A DNA stretch of 28,373 nucleotides. Source: a virus (Duplodnaviria > Caudoviricetes). The stretch lies in IMG/VR virus record IMGVR_UViG_3300026260_000023, positions 1-28,373 of that record. One strand, given 5' to 3'. A program made the translations under genes and the position numbers. Below the pieces are notes generated by a model. The model ran no database searches, had not been told where the DNA came from, and was given only the letters and a program-made list of their open reading frames with translations. Positions 8,337 through 19,600 of this stretch are shown piece by piece (within the stretch, counting starts at the first letter, position 1; each line of letters begins with the position of its first letter).

Positions 8337-8561
8337 TTATGGTTTGATTACAGATTTACTAACAATCTTTTCACCAGCAGCTGCCTTCTTCTTATTGGGC
8401 ATTCTTTGAACAGCCCTATCAAATTTATTCTCTTCTGGACTAAGAGTACTTGCCTGTCTTTGTGCTGCACATTTAGTACATGCTCCACACTCACACGCAG
8501 GTCCTTCTTCAAGCCATAACTGGCTCAAAGCTCTATCCATTTGCTCTAAGACATCATCCAT
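8337..8561 (-). CDS. Hypothetical protein, 74 aa, with CxCxxCxxC motif
   Basis: CECGACTKC; acidic N-terminus and basic C-terminus; CTAAATA upstream. Confidence 0.78.
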   Translation of the reverse strand: MDDVLEQMDRALSQLWLEEGPACECGACTKCAAQRQASTLSPEENKFDRAVQRMPNKKKAAAGEKIVSKSVIKP

Positions 8562-8579
8562 CGTGAAACCCTTTATGTA

Positions 8580-8586
8580 TATTTAG
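8580..8586 (-). promoter_or_regulatory. Late promoter core CTAAATA
   Basis: Overlaps the TAA stop of the 97-aa gene, 18 nt before the next ATG. Confidence 0.6.
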
Positions 8587-8876
8587 TCTGTCCAATATTG
8601 GACAGTTGCAGCCTTATCTGCCTCTATGATATCCTCATGGTTCCGTTCATAATTACCTGCACTAGTACTAAGGGCATTCTTAGCGGCATTGACTAATAGA
8701 TTAGCAGTCAAACTAGCATAAGGTAACACTACACTACTAGACAATACGACTTCCCCGCAACTATAAGCCTTATAGTCGCCATCAGCTGATTCCAATTTCC
8801 AATGAATTGATTTAAGTTTATTAGTAGCAGTTTCGTGTTCTGCTCTAACTAATCCCCAAGTGTGAGTAACCGCCAT
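8583..8876 (-). CDS. Small conserved fibre-associated phage protein, 97 aa (possible fibre assembly factor)
   Basis: Pattern MA.T.TW....E......K..HW.....DG.Y.A...G.V.L.....PY..LT resembles small proteins commonly found downstream of fibre genes in aquatic phages (recalled, not searched). Confidence 0.78.
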   Translation of the reverse strand: MAVTHTWGLVRAEHETATNKLKSIHWKLESADGDYKAYSCGEVVLSSSVVLPYASLTANLLVNAAKNALSTSAGNYERNHEDIIEADKAATVQYWTD

Positions 8877-8887
8877 AATTGTGCCTC

Positions 8888-9667
8888 CTATGCAGCAGCT
8901 AAAGATTCAAAATTTGTTGAATTTATATATGTACCTACATCTACCCAACTTGGAGAAGCATTAGCTCCAAGAGATACTAAACCTTGACCTGTTGTTCCAT
9001 AATCTCCAGATACTCCCATAGCTCCATTAGCATTGAACTCCAATCTAGTTGTTGCGTCACTACCATCAAAGGTAGCAATCTGTAATGTATTAGAAGCACT
9101 ACTTCCTAAGATAGCCCCATCCTGAACAAGAATAGGATTACCTCCAACACTTAAACTATAGTTAGAATTTGAAACTGTAGTATTAACTAACAATCCATCA
9201 TTAGTAAATCTTCCTTTCTCTACTTCATTTACTATAATAGAAAACTGATTGGAGGCGACAAGACTAAGCATGTTAGTGTCGATATCTCCCCTAAAACCTA
9301 ATTTACGCGCCCCAAGTCTAGAAACTATATCTCCATAACAATCAATAGCGAAGACAGCCTTCTCAGTGCTATTAAATGAAACAAAACCATCCTCTGCTCT
9401 TAGACAATTAAGACCATTAGAAGTAATACTTACTCCATTGTCTGTATCATTACCTGATCTATATAATCCTGTATCTGTAGCAGTAGTAAAGGTAATTGAA
9501 GGCTCTGCTACAGTGCCATCATCAAAATACCCTATCCCCAAATTAGTAGTCTTAAGATTACCATAGGTAATACCTGAAGTAATCTCATTCCCAACGTTAA
9601 TGACAAGAACATCATCGTCACTAGGAGTAGTAACTAATGGAAGGCTTTTAATGTTGATTTCTGCCAT
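8888..9667 (-). CDS. Short tail-fibre-like protein, 259 aa
   Basis: N-terminal INIKSLPLVT...DDVLVIN motif; fibre motif DGTVAEPSITF...DTGLYR; C-terminal GTTGQGLVS.G....PSW. Confidence 0.83.
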   Translation of the reverse strand: MAEINIKSLPLVTTPSDDDVLVINVGNEITSGITYGNLKTTNLGIGYFDDGTVAEPSITFTTATDTGLYRSGNDTDNGVSITSNGLNCLRAEDGFVSFNSTEKAVFAIDCYGDIVSRLGARKLGFRGDIDTNMLSLVASNQFSIIVNEVEKGRFTNDGLLVNTTVSNSNYSLSVGGNPILVQDGAILGSSASNTLQIATFDGSDATTRLEFNANGAMGVSGDYGTTGQGLVSLGANASPSWVDVGTYINSTNFESLAAA

Positions 9668-9686
9668 GGCTCGCCTGCTTTATTTG

Positions 9687-9693
9687 TATTTAT
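9687..9693 (-). promoter_or_regulatory. Late promoter core ATAAATA
   Basis: Overlaps the TAA stop of the 163-aa gene. Confidence 0.6.
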
Positions 9694-10181
9694 GGGAGAG
9701 AAGGTAAGTTTCTTAAATCTATGGTAACAGAACCAGCACCTGCTGCTACCACCGAATCCACGTAAACCTTAGAAGCTGCATCTGTATCAGCAGTACATAA
9801 TGCTACACTAGTAATTTTATTACTTCCCATATCTAAAGGACCTCCAATTACTGATAGTTTAGCTCCTGGTATAACGGGAAATCCACCAATACCTACTGCT
9901 CCATCTGCATCCACCACCAATCTATTTTGATAGGCAGTGGTAATTACAAAAGTTCCAGAAGCAGGAGAATATACCCCACACTGAGAATCTCCAAGAGATA
10001 ATCCTGGAGCCTGCATTTGTCCAGCTGAAATAGTAATACTAGTTTGAATATTACTTAAAGATTTCTTGAGATTACTCCAGGTTATCTTACTAGTAACTTT
10101 ATCTACATCATCAATAATAAAAATATCATCATCCTCTGCAGTGATGAGTAATGGTAAATCTGGGATTTTGGTAGTAGCCAT
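9690..10181 (-). CDS. Short tail-fibre-like protein, 163 aa (paralog-like to 8888..9667)
   Basis: N-terminal TKIPDLPLLIT...DDIFIID; G...APGLSLGDSQCGVYS; adhesin neck/stalk-like KITSVA...DTDAASKVYVD, also present in the giant fibre. Confidence 0.83.
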   Translation of the reverse strand: MATTKIPDLPLLITAEDDDIFIIDDVDKVTSKITWSNLKKSLSNIQTSITISAGQMQAPGLSLGDSQCGVYSPASGTFVITTAYQNRLVVDADGAVGIGGFPVIPGAKLSVIGGPLDMGSNKITSVALCTADTDAASKVYVDSVVAAGAGSVTIDLRNLPSLP

Positions 10182-10194
10182 AATCTTTTATTAG

Positions 10195-10201
10195 TATTTA
10201 G
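10195..10201 (-). promoter_or_regulatory. Late promoter core CTAAATA
   Basis: Intergenic, 13 nt upstream of the ATG at 10181. Confidence 0.6.
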
Positions 10202-10202
10202 T

Positions 10203-11345
10203 TTATTCTAAAAGAAGAGAGTACTGTGTTTGAAGCTCACTTATAGCCAGTCCCTGACTACCTGTTGTATTCTCTAAAGCTTCAATTGCTGCTGTATTAG
10301 TTGCAATATCTGCTGTATTAGTTGCTATTGCTGATGTCTGAGTAGCATCAGTTACCTCCAGTGCATTAATTTCAACCTGCTGATTAATATTTGTGGTATT
10401 AATAGCACTTATCTCACTAATATTAACTGCCACATTTGCAGTGTTACTTGCAATATTAGCTGTGTTACTTGCAATATTAGCTGTGTTGGTTGTAATATTA
10501 GCTGTATTGGTAGCATCACTTGCTTCCAAAGCATCCACCCTTACATCCAATGCGACAATAGCAAGGTCACTACTGGTAGATGCTGTCTCCAGTGAAGTAA
10601 CCTGTGACTGTAGCAAACTAACCTGGTTATTAAGGAGAGTAAGATTAGTATCATCTCCAGCATCAGAAGCCTGCAGAGCAGCCACTGCTGTCTCCAAATT
10701 ACCTACTGTAGCAGTTAGAGTTGTGATGTTTGTAGTGTTAATACCAATGGATGCTGTATTAGAAATAACATCAGTCTGAAGCTGCACTATCTCAGCTGTA
10801 TTGCTTTGAATATTATTTCTTTGAACGTCACTAGCAATAGAAAGGATAGCCACTTCATTCTGTAGCACAACCATATTGGCGTTGATACCAGCAATGGTAG
10901 CATTCTGTGTGTCTATTCTACCATCCAATGCTGTAATCTCAGCTACATTTTCTGCTACACTCTGATTAAGAATAGCAATATCTGCAGTATTGGCTGCTAA
11001 CTGAACTGTATCTACATCTACGATAGCTCTAATGGCTGCTATGTCTGCAGTATTCTGAGCTGTAGTAACTTTGAGAGCAGCAACATCTGCTTCCAAAGTA
11101 GCTAGATTAACATTACCATCACTGAATAATCCAGCTCCACCTACAGACTGCCATCTCCCAACACCATCTTCTACTAAGTAAATATACTCAATATCATTAA
11201 TTGGCTGATACCATACATCTCCCTGATGTAATGTGCCGCCATTATCTCTTGTAGTTGGTTCTACATTAGAAATGATAGTTACAGGAATAGAAGTACTGGT
11301 AATTCCAATACTTGAAATGGTTGCTATAGGATTACAGTACGTCAT
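10203..11345 (-). CDS. Long coiled-coil fibre protein, 380 aa (fibritin/whisker-like or fibre stalk)
   Basis: About 300 aa of heptads with recurring NTA(D/N/E)IA, typical of trimeric coiled coils; N-terminal GDVWY...YIY...RW module. Confidence 0.85.
   Translation of the reverse strand: MTYCNPIATISSIGITSTSIPVTIISNVEPTTRDNGGTLHQGDVWYQPINDIEYIYLVEDGVGRWQSVGGAGLFSDGNVNLATLEADVAALKVTTAQNTADIAAIRAIVDVDTVQLAANTADIAILNQSVAENVAEITALDGRIDTQNATIAGINANMVVLQNEVAILSIASDVQRNNIQSNTAEIVQLQTDVISNTASIGINTTNITTLTATVGNLETAVAALQASDAGDDTNLTLLNNQVSLLQSQVTSLETASTSSDLAIVALDVRVDALEASDATNTANITTNTANIASNTANIASNTANVAVNISEISAINTTNINQQVEINALEVTDATQTSAIATNTADIATNTAAIEALENTTGSQGLAISELQTQYSLLLE
10441..10503. repeat. 21-bp tandem repeat x3 (one heptad per copy)
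   Basis: gtgttacttgcaatattagct twice exactly (10441-10482), then gtgttggttgtaatattagct; encodes NTANITT-NTANIAS-NTANIAS. Confidence 0.9.
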
Positions 11346-11363
11346 TAGATTCCCTTTTAATAT

Positions 11364-11370
11364 TATTTAG
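11364..11370 (-). promoter_or_regulatory. Late promoter core CTAAATA
   Basis: Intergenic, 18 nt upstream of the ATG at 11345. Confidence 0.62.
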
Positions 11371-11376
11371 AAATGA

Positions 11377-11760
11377 CTATGTAGCGGGAGCACCAAAAGC
11401 AATATCAACAAAAGCTAAGCCTTGCAAAACCTCTGAAGAATTACCATTAATATCTTTCATAACAACACTATAAACATACTTACCTTCCCTTAACAAATTA
11501 CTCACAGCAGGAGCCAAAGAAAGAGCATATACTCCACCAACTCCATTCACTATCTCTGTTATAAAAGGTGTCCTTTCATAAACAGGATCAGCTGCAGTGC
11601 TCACCACAGCATCCAATGCTCTTGGATACTTAGAAAGATTAGCATAGAACTCACACCCAGTGATGTCCCAAGGGGCCTTATCTGGTTGAGTTAGATAAAA
11701 TTCCTGCTTGTAATTAACGCCTGCTGTTATTACAATATTAACTTGAAAGGGAGCAGCCAT
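11377..11760 (-). CDS. Small virion structural/adaptor protein, 127 aa (BppU-N-like beta-sandwich)
   Basis: Pattern NI.I..G......F......P.D.TG....A....F......G...L.L......L..GKYVY.V.........VLQG...V, typical of small structural proteins in T4-like cyanophage fibre regions. Confidence 0.8.
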   Translation of the reverse strand: MAAPFQVNIVITAGVNYKQEFYLTQPDKAPWDITGCEFYANLSKYPRALDAVVSTAADPVYERTPFITEIVNGVGGVYALSLAPAVSNLLREGKYVYSVVMKDINGNSSEVLQGLAFVDIAFGAPAT

Positions 11761-11764
11761 GATT

Positions 11765-12205
11765 TTAAGCGGGAAGTTCTGGGAAGTTTTGAATCTTAAA
11801 GTTACCAGTCAGGTTCAAATCTTTAAATGTTGCATCACCATCCTCTTGAATTTCAGCAAAGAGAGTAGTACCTTCACCAAGAGTATCTCTAATCGCTATT
11901 GCCTCTACTTTTAGTTTCTGACCGTAAATAAACTTTGTAGAACGAACATCACCACCGGCCTTTAATTCAACATTATAATCACCATCAACATTAACTATAG
12001 CTAGACTTTTACCATTCTCTGCGGGGATTAAATATCCTCCATTCTTTCTCCATAGATTATCAGCAGAAGAAGGAGATACATAAGATCTCCACTTCTCTCC
12101 ATCCCAAATATAAGTAGCTCCATTCTGTAGAGTTACAGGCTGATCCAAAATGGGAGGATCTGGAAAATCTATAGGATTGGTACCTGAGCCGGGCGTAGAT
12201 GTCAT
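11765..12205 (-). CDS. Small fibre-like structural protein, 146 aa
   Basis: N-terminal IDFPDPP...NGATYIWDGEKW (shared with 12222..13469); LWRKNGGYLIP; C-terminal KIQNFPELPA. Confidence 0.82.
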   Translation of the reverse strand: MTSTPGSGTNPIDFPDPPILDQPVTLQNGATYIWDGEKWRSYVSPSSADNLWRKNGGYLIPAENGKSLAIVNVDGDYNVELKAGGDVRSTKFIYGQKLKVEAIAIRDTLGEGTTLFAEIQEDGDATFKDLNLTGNFKIQNFPELPA

Positions 12206-12218
12206 AACATTTTAGAAG

Positions 12219-12225
12219 TATTTAT
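12219..12225 (-). promoter_or_regulatory. Late promoter core ATAAATA
   Basis: Overlaps the TAA stop of the 415-aa gene. Confidence 0.6.
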
Positions 12226-13469
12226 GTCTTAATGATATAGTTATTAGTACCATTGAAGGTTAAAAAGTCTGCTACAGATTCGTTTGTAGATCCATCAATA
12301 TCAAGTTTACCATCAGCTGCAATAGGTCCTTTAGGTGCAGTGTTACCTGTTAAATCAGGAACACTAAATGATGCTCCAGTAGCTCCAATAACAGCAGCTA
12401 AATCTGGATAGGTAGATACTTGATATGTAGTTCCATCACATAGCAGATATCCTGTAGGTGCTGATGCACCAGCACCAGCATACATTAAAATAGTACCTGC
12501 TGGATTCATATATGCCTGCAGAGCTGCTTTCAATGAAGCAGGAGTGATCAAATTACAAGGTGTAGTAGCATCAGTGGGATCTGCATCACCGGCTATAGCT
12601 TCAGAGTTGGTAGCAATCTGGCCACCGCCAGTTATTGCGTCTCTAGCAACAGCAATATAATTCCCAGCATCAATAGACTGCTGCAAAGAGGAAGGAGTTA
12701 ATGCAACACTATTACTAGTACCTGCATTAGCTTGAGATTGAGTAGCATAACGACAGAAACCATTCTTAGTAGTGGTGGCCTCCTGAATATCAATTTCTAC
12801 TGCTCCTGAATGAGGAGTAACTGTTAGTCCACCAGTACTAACTGCATCCCCCGCATTAAGAGTATTGACTCCAGCTGGAGCATTAACGGCTAGCTCCCAA
12901 CTATTACCATCAAATACGTATAAATTATTATCTACAGTACTATACCATAGTGCTCCATCAGCAGCATTTCCTCCAGGAGGAGAAGGACCAACAAAAGCAG
13001 TGGTCAATGAAGCCCCAGAGAGGTTAGGAGCAGCATCGATCCAATAAGCTTCTCCACCATCATCCATATACCAAATATACAACCTTCCTCCCCCTTCACT
13101 GGAAGATTCTCCACTTACATCTCCTTCACTATTATACCACAATTCACCAACAACTGGATTAGCTGGAGGAGTTAGTCCACTAGCTACAGGTAGTCCTCCT
13201 GTTCCTGTTTGAGAAGTTGAAATCTGTGTCCATTGATAAGTAACAACGCCACTAGATGTAGTACTTGTTCTTATATAGAAAGCTGAATCGGTAGTATTAA
13301 ACCATAAGAAACCAGGAATATCTAAATCTGGAGCTGAACCCTGAACAATAGCAGGAGGCTGAATTGCTGATTCCCAAGCCTGAACTGTTGGATTCCAGAT
13401 ATACTTCAGGCCACTATTGGAATCAGTATAAATGGGTTGTGCATTTGGATCTGGAAAATTTAAAGCCAT
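12222..13469 (-). CDS. Tail fibre protein with C-terminal phage tail collar domain, 415 aa (gp12-like short fibre)
   Basis: Collar signature PAGTILMYAG..APTGYLLCDG..Y....YPDLAAVIG....FSVPDL.G...YIIKT; two T4 gp12/gp34-like repeats (ATTTKNGFCRYATQSQANAG...ALTPSSL; QIATNSEAIAG...ITPASL); three G.LW(Y/F) modules. Confidence 0.88.
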   Translation of the reverse strand: MALNFPDPNAQPIYTDSNSGLKYIWNPTVQAWESAIQPPAIVQGSAPDLDIPGFLWFNTTDSAFYIRTSTTSSGVVTYQWTQISTSQTGTGGLPVASGLTPPANPVVGELWYNSEGDVSGESSSEGGGRLYIWYMDDGGEAYWIDAAPNLSGASLTTAFVGPSPPGGNAADGALWYSTVDNNLYVFDGNSWELAVNAPAGVNTLNAGDAVSTGGLTVTPHSGAVEIDIQEATTTKNGFCRYATQSQANAGTSNSVALTPSSLQQSIDAGNYIAVARDAITGGGQIATNSEAIAGDADPTDATTPCNLITPASLKAALQAYMNPAGTILMYAGAGASAPTGYLLCDGTTYQVSTYPDLAAVIGATGASFSVPDLTGNTAPKGPIAADGKLDIDGSTNESVADFLTFNGTNNYIIKT

Positions 13470-13675
13470 TACTTTTGAAGAATTTGATGAAGTAGTTGTT
13501 TAATTTCTGACATTTCCTTTTTAAGTTCAGAAATCTCATGTTTGGACTCTTGGGTTTGCATAGCCTGCTGTCGGGCAGACCTATAGCGAGCCCTATCTGT
13601 TAATGATCTATTTACTACAACCCCAGAAGTGGGGTCTTTGTAAATATCAGTGAAGCCTTCTACTTTACTTTTCAT
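13469..13675 (-). CDS. Conserved small phage protein, 68 aa, C-terminal coiled coil
   Basis: KVEG...YKD..SG.VVN followed by EISELKKEMSEIKQLL; this type of gene usually follows the VrlC-like gene in T4-like cyanophages. Its stop overlaps the next start (TAATG). Confidence 0.85.
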   Translation of the reverse strand: MKSKVEGFTDIYKDPTSGVVVNRSLTDRARYRSARQQAMQTQESKHEISELKKEMSEIKQLLHQILQK

Positions 13676-13682
13676 TATTTAT
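13676..13682 (-). promoter_or_regulatory. Late promoter core ATAAATA abutting the ATG at 13675
   Basis: Minus strand reads GATAAATAATG. Confidence 0.5.
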
Positions 13683-13684
13683 CT

Positions 13685-16600
13685 TCACTCACTACAAACA
13701 ATTTGCACATCATCAATCAATGGAGCCAAAGCTGGGTTGTTAGCAGTCATAACAATCTTGATTGCCATACCATCAAACTGAGCAATGTCCTGCACACTCC
13801 AAGTAAGAAGTTGCCAATCACCTGACTTCAGACGTCTAGGATCTACATCCTCAGAAGATCTAGGCTTAATCTGTTCTACTTGATCAGGAACCCCATCAAT
13901 ATTAATAGGAATCCAGTTAACATTAGCCAACTCACCATCAAAACCAATATTCTGTGGCTTATAGTAGACTCTAATGTTATCACATACCAACTTCTCTGAG
14001 GTTACATAACCTTCATCATCATAGGTTTTAACTGTATTACCATAGAAGATAGAGCTACACTTAATTTCCATACCATCACAAGCATTCTCAAAGACAAACA
14101 ATCTAGAAATCCACTTAGAATAGCAGGAGCCATTGTTTTTAGTTTCTGGGTTGTAACTATCAGCGCTTGCGACACTCACATTATCTACTCCAATAGCAGC
14201 TAAAGCTGCATCACTAAGAGTAGATGCCTTAGTAAAGTATTTGGCAAAACTACCAGCAATAACTACTCTCTTGTTGGTGCTATCTACAGATTTAATAGAA
14301 GCTACCCTAGCTACACTCTTACTATCAGTCCAATTGATATCTCCACCTGCTACCACAGAGGTAACTGCTGAAGCATCACTATTAAGTCTAAGCTTAATCT
14401 CTCCCTCACCATAAACCTCATCATCAGATTGGGGATTATCAACCAAATTAGTAATTACAGTAGCATTTGTTCTTGTAAGATCGAGAACAGGTGAGACTTT
14501 CTCATTATTTGTAGACATCAGTACTGAAGTCAACAAACTCTTCTGTCCTTGCAGATGGAAAGGATCATCATACTTAAGCTCATTCAGGTAGTTTGCAACC
14601 TGCTTAGCTCCATTGTAATAATAACTGTCCATCAGAACAATTGAATTTGGATCATTTAATGTATAAGACATAAGGGAGTTATATCCAGTATAACCAGCAG
14701 CTTCAATTGTTCTAGCTGTAGCCTCAAAAGTAGAGCTACCAAACTGCATAACACCTGTGTATACATCCAGTACCTGATAAGGATTATTGTATGAGCCAGA
14801 AACAGAATTACCACCACCCCGATCAGCCTTAGTAGAATCAGTTGCTACCTTAATAGTAAACATATCCAAAGTAGAGTGCAGAACCTCATGTAAATCATTG
14901 AAATCACTAGCAGGGATATCTCCAATAGAACCAGATACTCCACTCAAAGCTACATAATCACCTGTCTCTAAACCATGATGATAGCAGTATACTCTAACAA
15001 CCCTTGCATCACCTTCAAATACATTAGGAACAGAGTGCCCAGCTGACGGAGGCTCAGCAGTTTCAATAGGATTCTTAGGATAACGCTTAGTGGTAATAGG
15101 AGCGTTCTGGAGAGTAACCAGAGCATTCTTATTAGCATCAAAGCTAGCTCTCTTAATCTTAAACTTAACATCCTGAGTTTGATCCTCAGTCCATAGTCCA
15201 CCATTCTGAGACATAAACAGAGAACCAGTATTAGGTTGCTCATTCACTCTGGTTTCTGTACCCACTTGGTTTTCTCCCATCTTGGAGCACCACAACTTAT
15301 ATTCCATAGAGTTAGGTGACTTAACCACAAATGCATACCAGGTATTTCCAACCAGATATACTGGAGCTTCAAACCTAAAGGTAGTAGCTGCAGTACCATC
15401 ATCTGATGTGCATACACCCATAGTAACTGCATCTGCCCCCGGAGTAACCTTAGCAATAGCAGTAGCTTCATTTCCATTACCATTAATAGTAACCCCTGGA
15501 GCCTTAGTATAACCACTTCCAGGAGTCAATAGCTCAATTTTATAAACATTACCTGCAATAGCAGAAACTGTTATCTGCCCAGTAGCTGTCTCTCCGCCAG
15601 GTAACTGAGGAGCAGTGAATTCTACTGTGGAATTTGAGTTATATCCACTTCCCATATCTGTAATTTCTAATGAATCTACATCAACCTCATTCTTAGCAAT
15701 AGTAAATGTAGTGTTCTTTACATCAGACTCCTTACTACTAGTAGTTTCAAACTGTTCACCAGGCAGGAATTCACCAACATAATTACTCAACAGTACATTA
15801 TACACTGTATTGGTAACATTATTATTAGTGTTAGTGGAAGTGCTGTTAAACTTAACATTAGATTTAATTATACCAGTAGCACCTGATTTCTTACCTACAA
15901 TAGCAGTTCCTTTCTTCAAAGTAACAGCAGCACTCGAACCACTAGGGAGTTTAACTACAGTTCTCAATATACTAGCAGGATTCTTAACAATCCTAGAATG
16001 TGGGAGTTTTTCTCTGGTAGGAACTTCACCATCAGTAGTAACCAGATAAGCCATAACACTCTGACTTGGATCTGCCTCTTTAAAGTAAACATCCAATTCA
16101 GTAACAAAGACACCTTCTTTGTTGTTTCTATCTACCTGGAATGTCTGAGCTACAGGATCCTCATCATTTGGTTCTGGTTCTGCAGGAAGATTAACAGTTA
16201 CTGGATTAATAATAGGAACCCTTGTGGATACAATGGTTTCCTGCTTATCTAGGATAACTCCAGAAGCAGTGAAACTAGATTCAGCAAATCCTTCTAGTTG
16301 GTCATCACTAATATCAACATTGGTTTCACTACTAGTAAGTCTAAAGATCTTAGTTCCTGTAGTAAAGGTACGAGAAGGCTGTCCTGTCTGATAGAAGGAA
16401 TCATCAGTTAAGGATTTAGCTCCTTCATAAACTTTACCTTTAATGGGAGGTTGACCATTAGGAATTAAGAAGGTTGCAGTAATATTACCTACAGCGTCAC
16501 TATAAAGTGCCTTACCAAATCCTTTACTATTAAAGTAAGATTGCCCTCTCACCAGAAGATATCTCTTCTTATCATCAGGGAAAAGACTACCATTTCTCAT

Positions 16601-19600
16601 TACATCGGGAGCTATCCACTCATTTACATCGATACCATCAAAGAATGCGTAATAGCGAGTATTAGGCTTCATCCTTTGGGCTACAATTTTTACAGGTCTA
16701 GCCCTCATAGTACGTGCTAGAGCTACATCTACCACCCTCTCACCATATGAGGTTTCTACAGTCTGAGCACTAGTAACATCCAGGAAAGTTACACTCTGCT
16801 GCCTAGCCCTATCAGTACTACTAGTATTAGAGGTACTATTAATTGAACCTGCTCCACCATTAGGGAAGTTAGCAACGTTGGCTCCAGCAATAGCATTAAT
16901 AGATGCTGCAGTTCCAGGAAGATTTTGAACTGTATTATTAACACTAGTAGAAATCCTACCAGTATTCTCCCATCCACCCCATACCGTTCCAATACCTGAT
17001 TCTAATAGGTCACCAGTAAGGTTAACCATAGCATCAAATACATTATTATCTTCAATCACCAAATCAGGAAGAATATTGATATCCTGGAAGGTATCGATAG
17101 GAGGATATAAGTCCAAACTACCATCATAGGTAAAGACTGAGAATGGTTGTAGGTTAATAGTACGAGTAGCAAAAGGTTGATCTATAAAATCAACAGTGGT
17201 ATAAGTGCAGGTAGCAATACCATTATTAACAGTATAGTTCTTTTCTGCTCTCTCTGCATCACTCTGAGCAATCTCAACCAACTCAGGTTGATCCACAAAA
17301 GCAGGAGACCTAAGATGTGTGGTTTTAGGATCAATGCTGTTTCTATACTGCTGATCACCCACAGCACCCTTACTATGGTCTCTGAAGTTATCTGCTACAA
17401 TACCATTCTTAAATCTATCCAAGCCTGTTACAGCATCCCTTACAGACATATTAAGAGCACTTTGCTCAAGAATAGAAAGGGTTACTAGCTCTTCAATTCT
17501 ATCAATTCTTCTTTCAATCTTAGCGATATCCTTCATCCTATACCGCTTATAGTTAAACTTCTTAACGTTAATATTATCAGCTGCAAAGGTATAAGGAGGA
17601 AGATACAAATCATACAGCCTAATGCCAGTTGATAAATCAGCAGGAGGCTGAGGAGAGTTACTAGGAACCCCTTTAACTAAAGTAAGGGCTCCATTCTTCT
17701 CCAAGAATAGAGAGTCATACCTAGCCATATAATAGGTAATATTTGCCCTAAACCTACTATTAGGAACAGGCATCCTAGGAGCAGTACCATTACCATTATT
17801 CAGTGCATCTCTATAGTTGGTATCCTGAATTCTCAATCTACCATTATTACTATCATAACTTCCCAATACGCCAATATCCTTAGTCACAGGAGAAAGAACA
17901 GAAGGATAATAGGTTCCTAATTTAGCTTCTTCCTTCCAAGGGGGAGTACCTACTCTCTCCTTAGTCATCTCTTCTTGATACTTAATATTAACAGCAGGTC
18001 GGAAATCAGCACAATCTCTCAATGAAATTATACTACTAGCAGTAAATAACGCATCGGCAGGAGCACCTGCTACTGGATTATAATAAGGAATGTCCCTATA
18101 AGGAACTCCCTTATTATGAGTATAGGAATCAACACTAAAGAAATCACCAGAGGTATCGTGTTTAAAATACCAAACTGTAACTGTGAATGGCTTAGCATCA
18201 TCATTTGCTTCTTTCTTGAAAATCTTTCTTCCTTCTTTAAGCTTAATCCTAGCAATATCATATACATTATCTCTCATACCATTATCAAACTCATAGTTAT
18301 CAGTAATATCTACACCATTAGTAGTAATAACTGACTCCAAACTATATCCATCAGTAACACCCAAAGCAATAACTTGCTCTCTGGCCTGTTGCCCTGCGAT
18401 CTCAACGATAGCTTTCTTAAGGTACTTCTTTCTACAAGTTGCATTAGTAATGCTAACAGGACAGAGTATTTTTACAAGAACATCTTCAGCAAGTGAGTCA
18501 ATAGTAAAATCTGCCTTTGTACCATCATTTGTACTCTGCTCGATTTCAACAACAGGGATAGTTCTCCCTACTAACGAATTTGGATCCAAACCTGAAGATA
18601 GGTTCTGAATAATACTAATAGTTACATCATTTACATTAGTTAAGAATGAAGCATTAGCTGATGTAGTTGTTAGGGTAAATTCTGTAGTATTAGCTCCTAT
18701 ATTTTGAATAAACTCCCTATAAACTTCATAATCAATTCCAGTAGCTTCTGGATTAGTTTCCAGTGTAGCAATAGTATCCTGAGGAAGCTGGAAGATAAGA
18801 TTCTGACTAGCAGTACCTCTACTCTTCACTCTCATTCTTTGTACTGTTTTACCAGTTACATTAAACTCCAACCCTGTAGTAAAGTAGATTCTAGATTTAG
18901 CTCTGTCAGCACCATAACCAGCAGGAGCAGTAGCAAACCATACCAACTTACTTACAGTTTGAGGATCAGTATTAATATTACCATTATCAACAAAAGTAAC
19001 AACATCACCAAATACTAACTCATCTGATGGATCACCAGAGAAGCTATCGCATTCAATATAGTTGTTATTTTTCTTTCCACTAAAGAGTGAATTATCAGAT
19101 ACTTGTAATACTTCAGCATCTCCCCTATTCTGCAGAGAGATGTCAGCAGAAAACTTATTAGTAGAAGGTTGACCTAAAGTAGAATAGAAAGATTTAGTCT
19201 TAGTTAATGTATTCGCCAGCTTGGCTGGCATCAATACAGCAAATCCCAGTGCCCCATTATCAGCAACCACCTTGTAGTTAATTCTACTTGGGTTTAGTTC
19301 ATCGGGAGGATAAGGGAAGTTAAATAACTTATTTCTACCCTTTTTGGTCGGTTTAAGTAAGTTCTTATCAGCATCATAGATAAAATTACCACCAGCCTTA
19401 GTAAGAGTCTTCTTAGCTCCCAGAGTAGTAATTTCTAGTGTTTCAACAGCAGATAAATCAATACTAGCCTCTAAATTACCGTTAATATCATCATAGAATT
19501 CAAAAGCACTTACATCACCTTCCCTAAAAATACGACCCATCTTCAATTCTGGTGCCAGAAAAGTAGCCTGATTTTGAGCAATCTCTTCACCTGGGATAAA

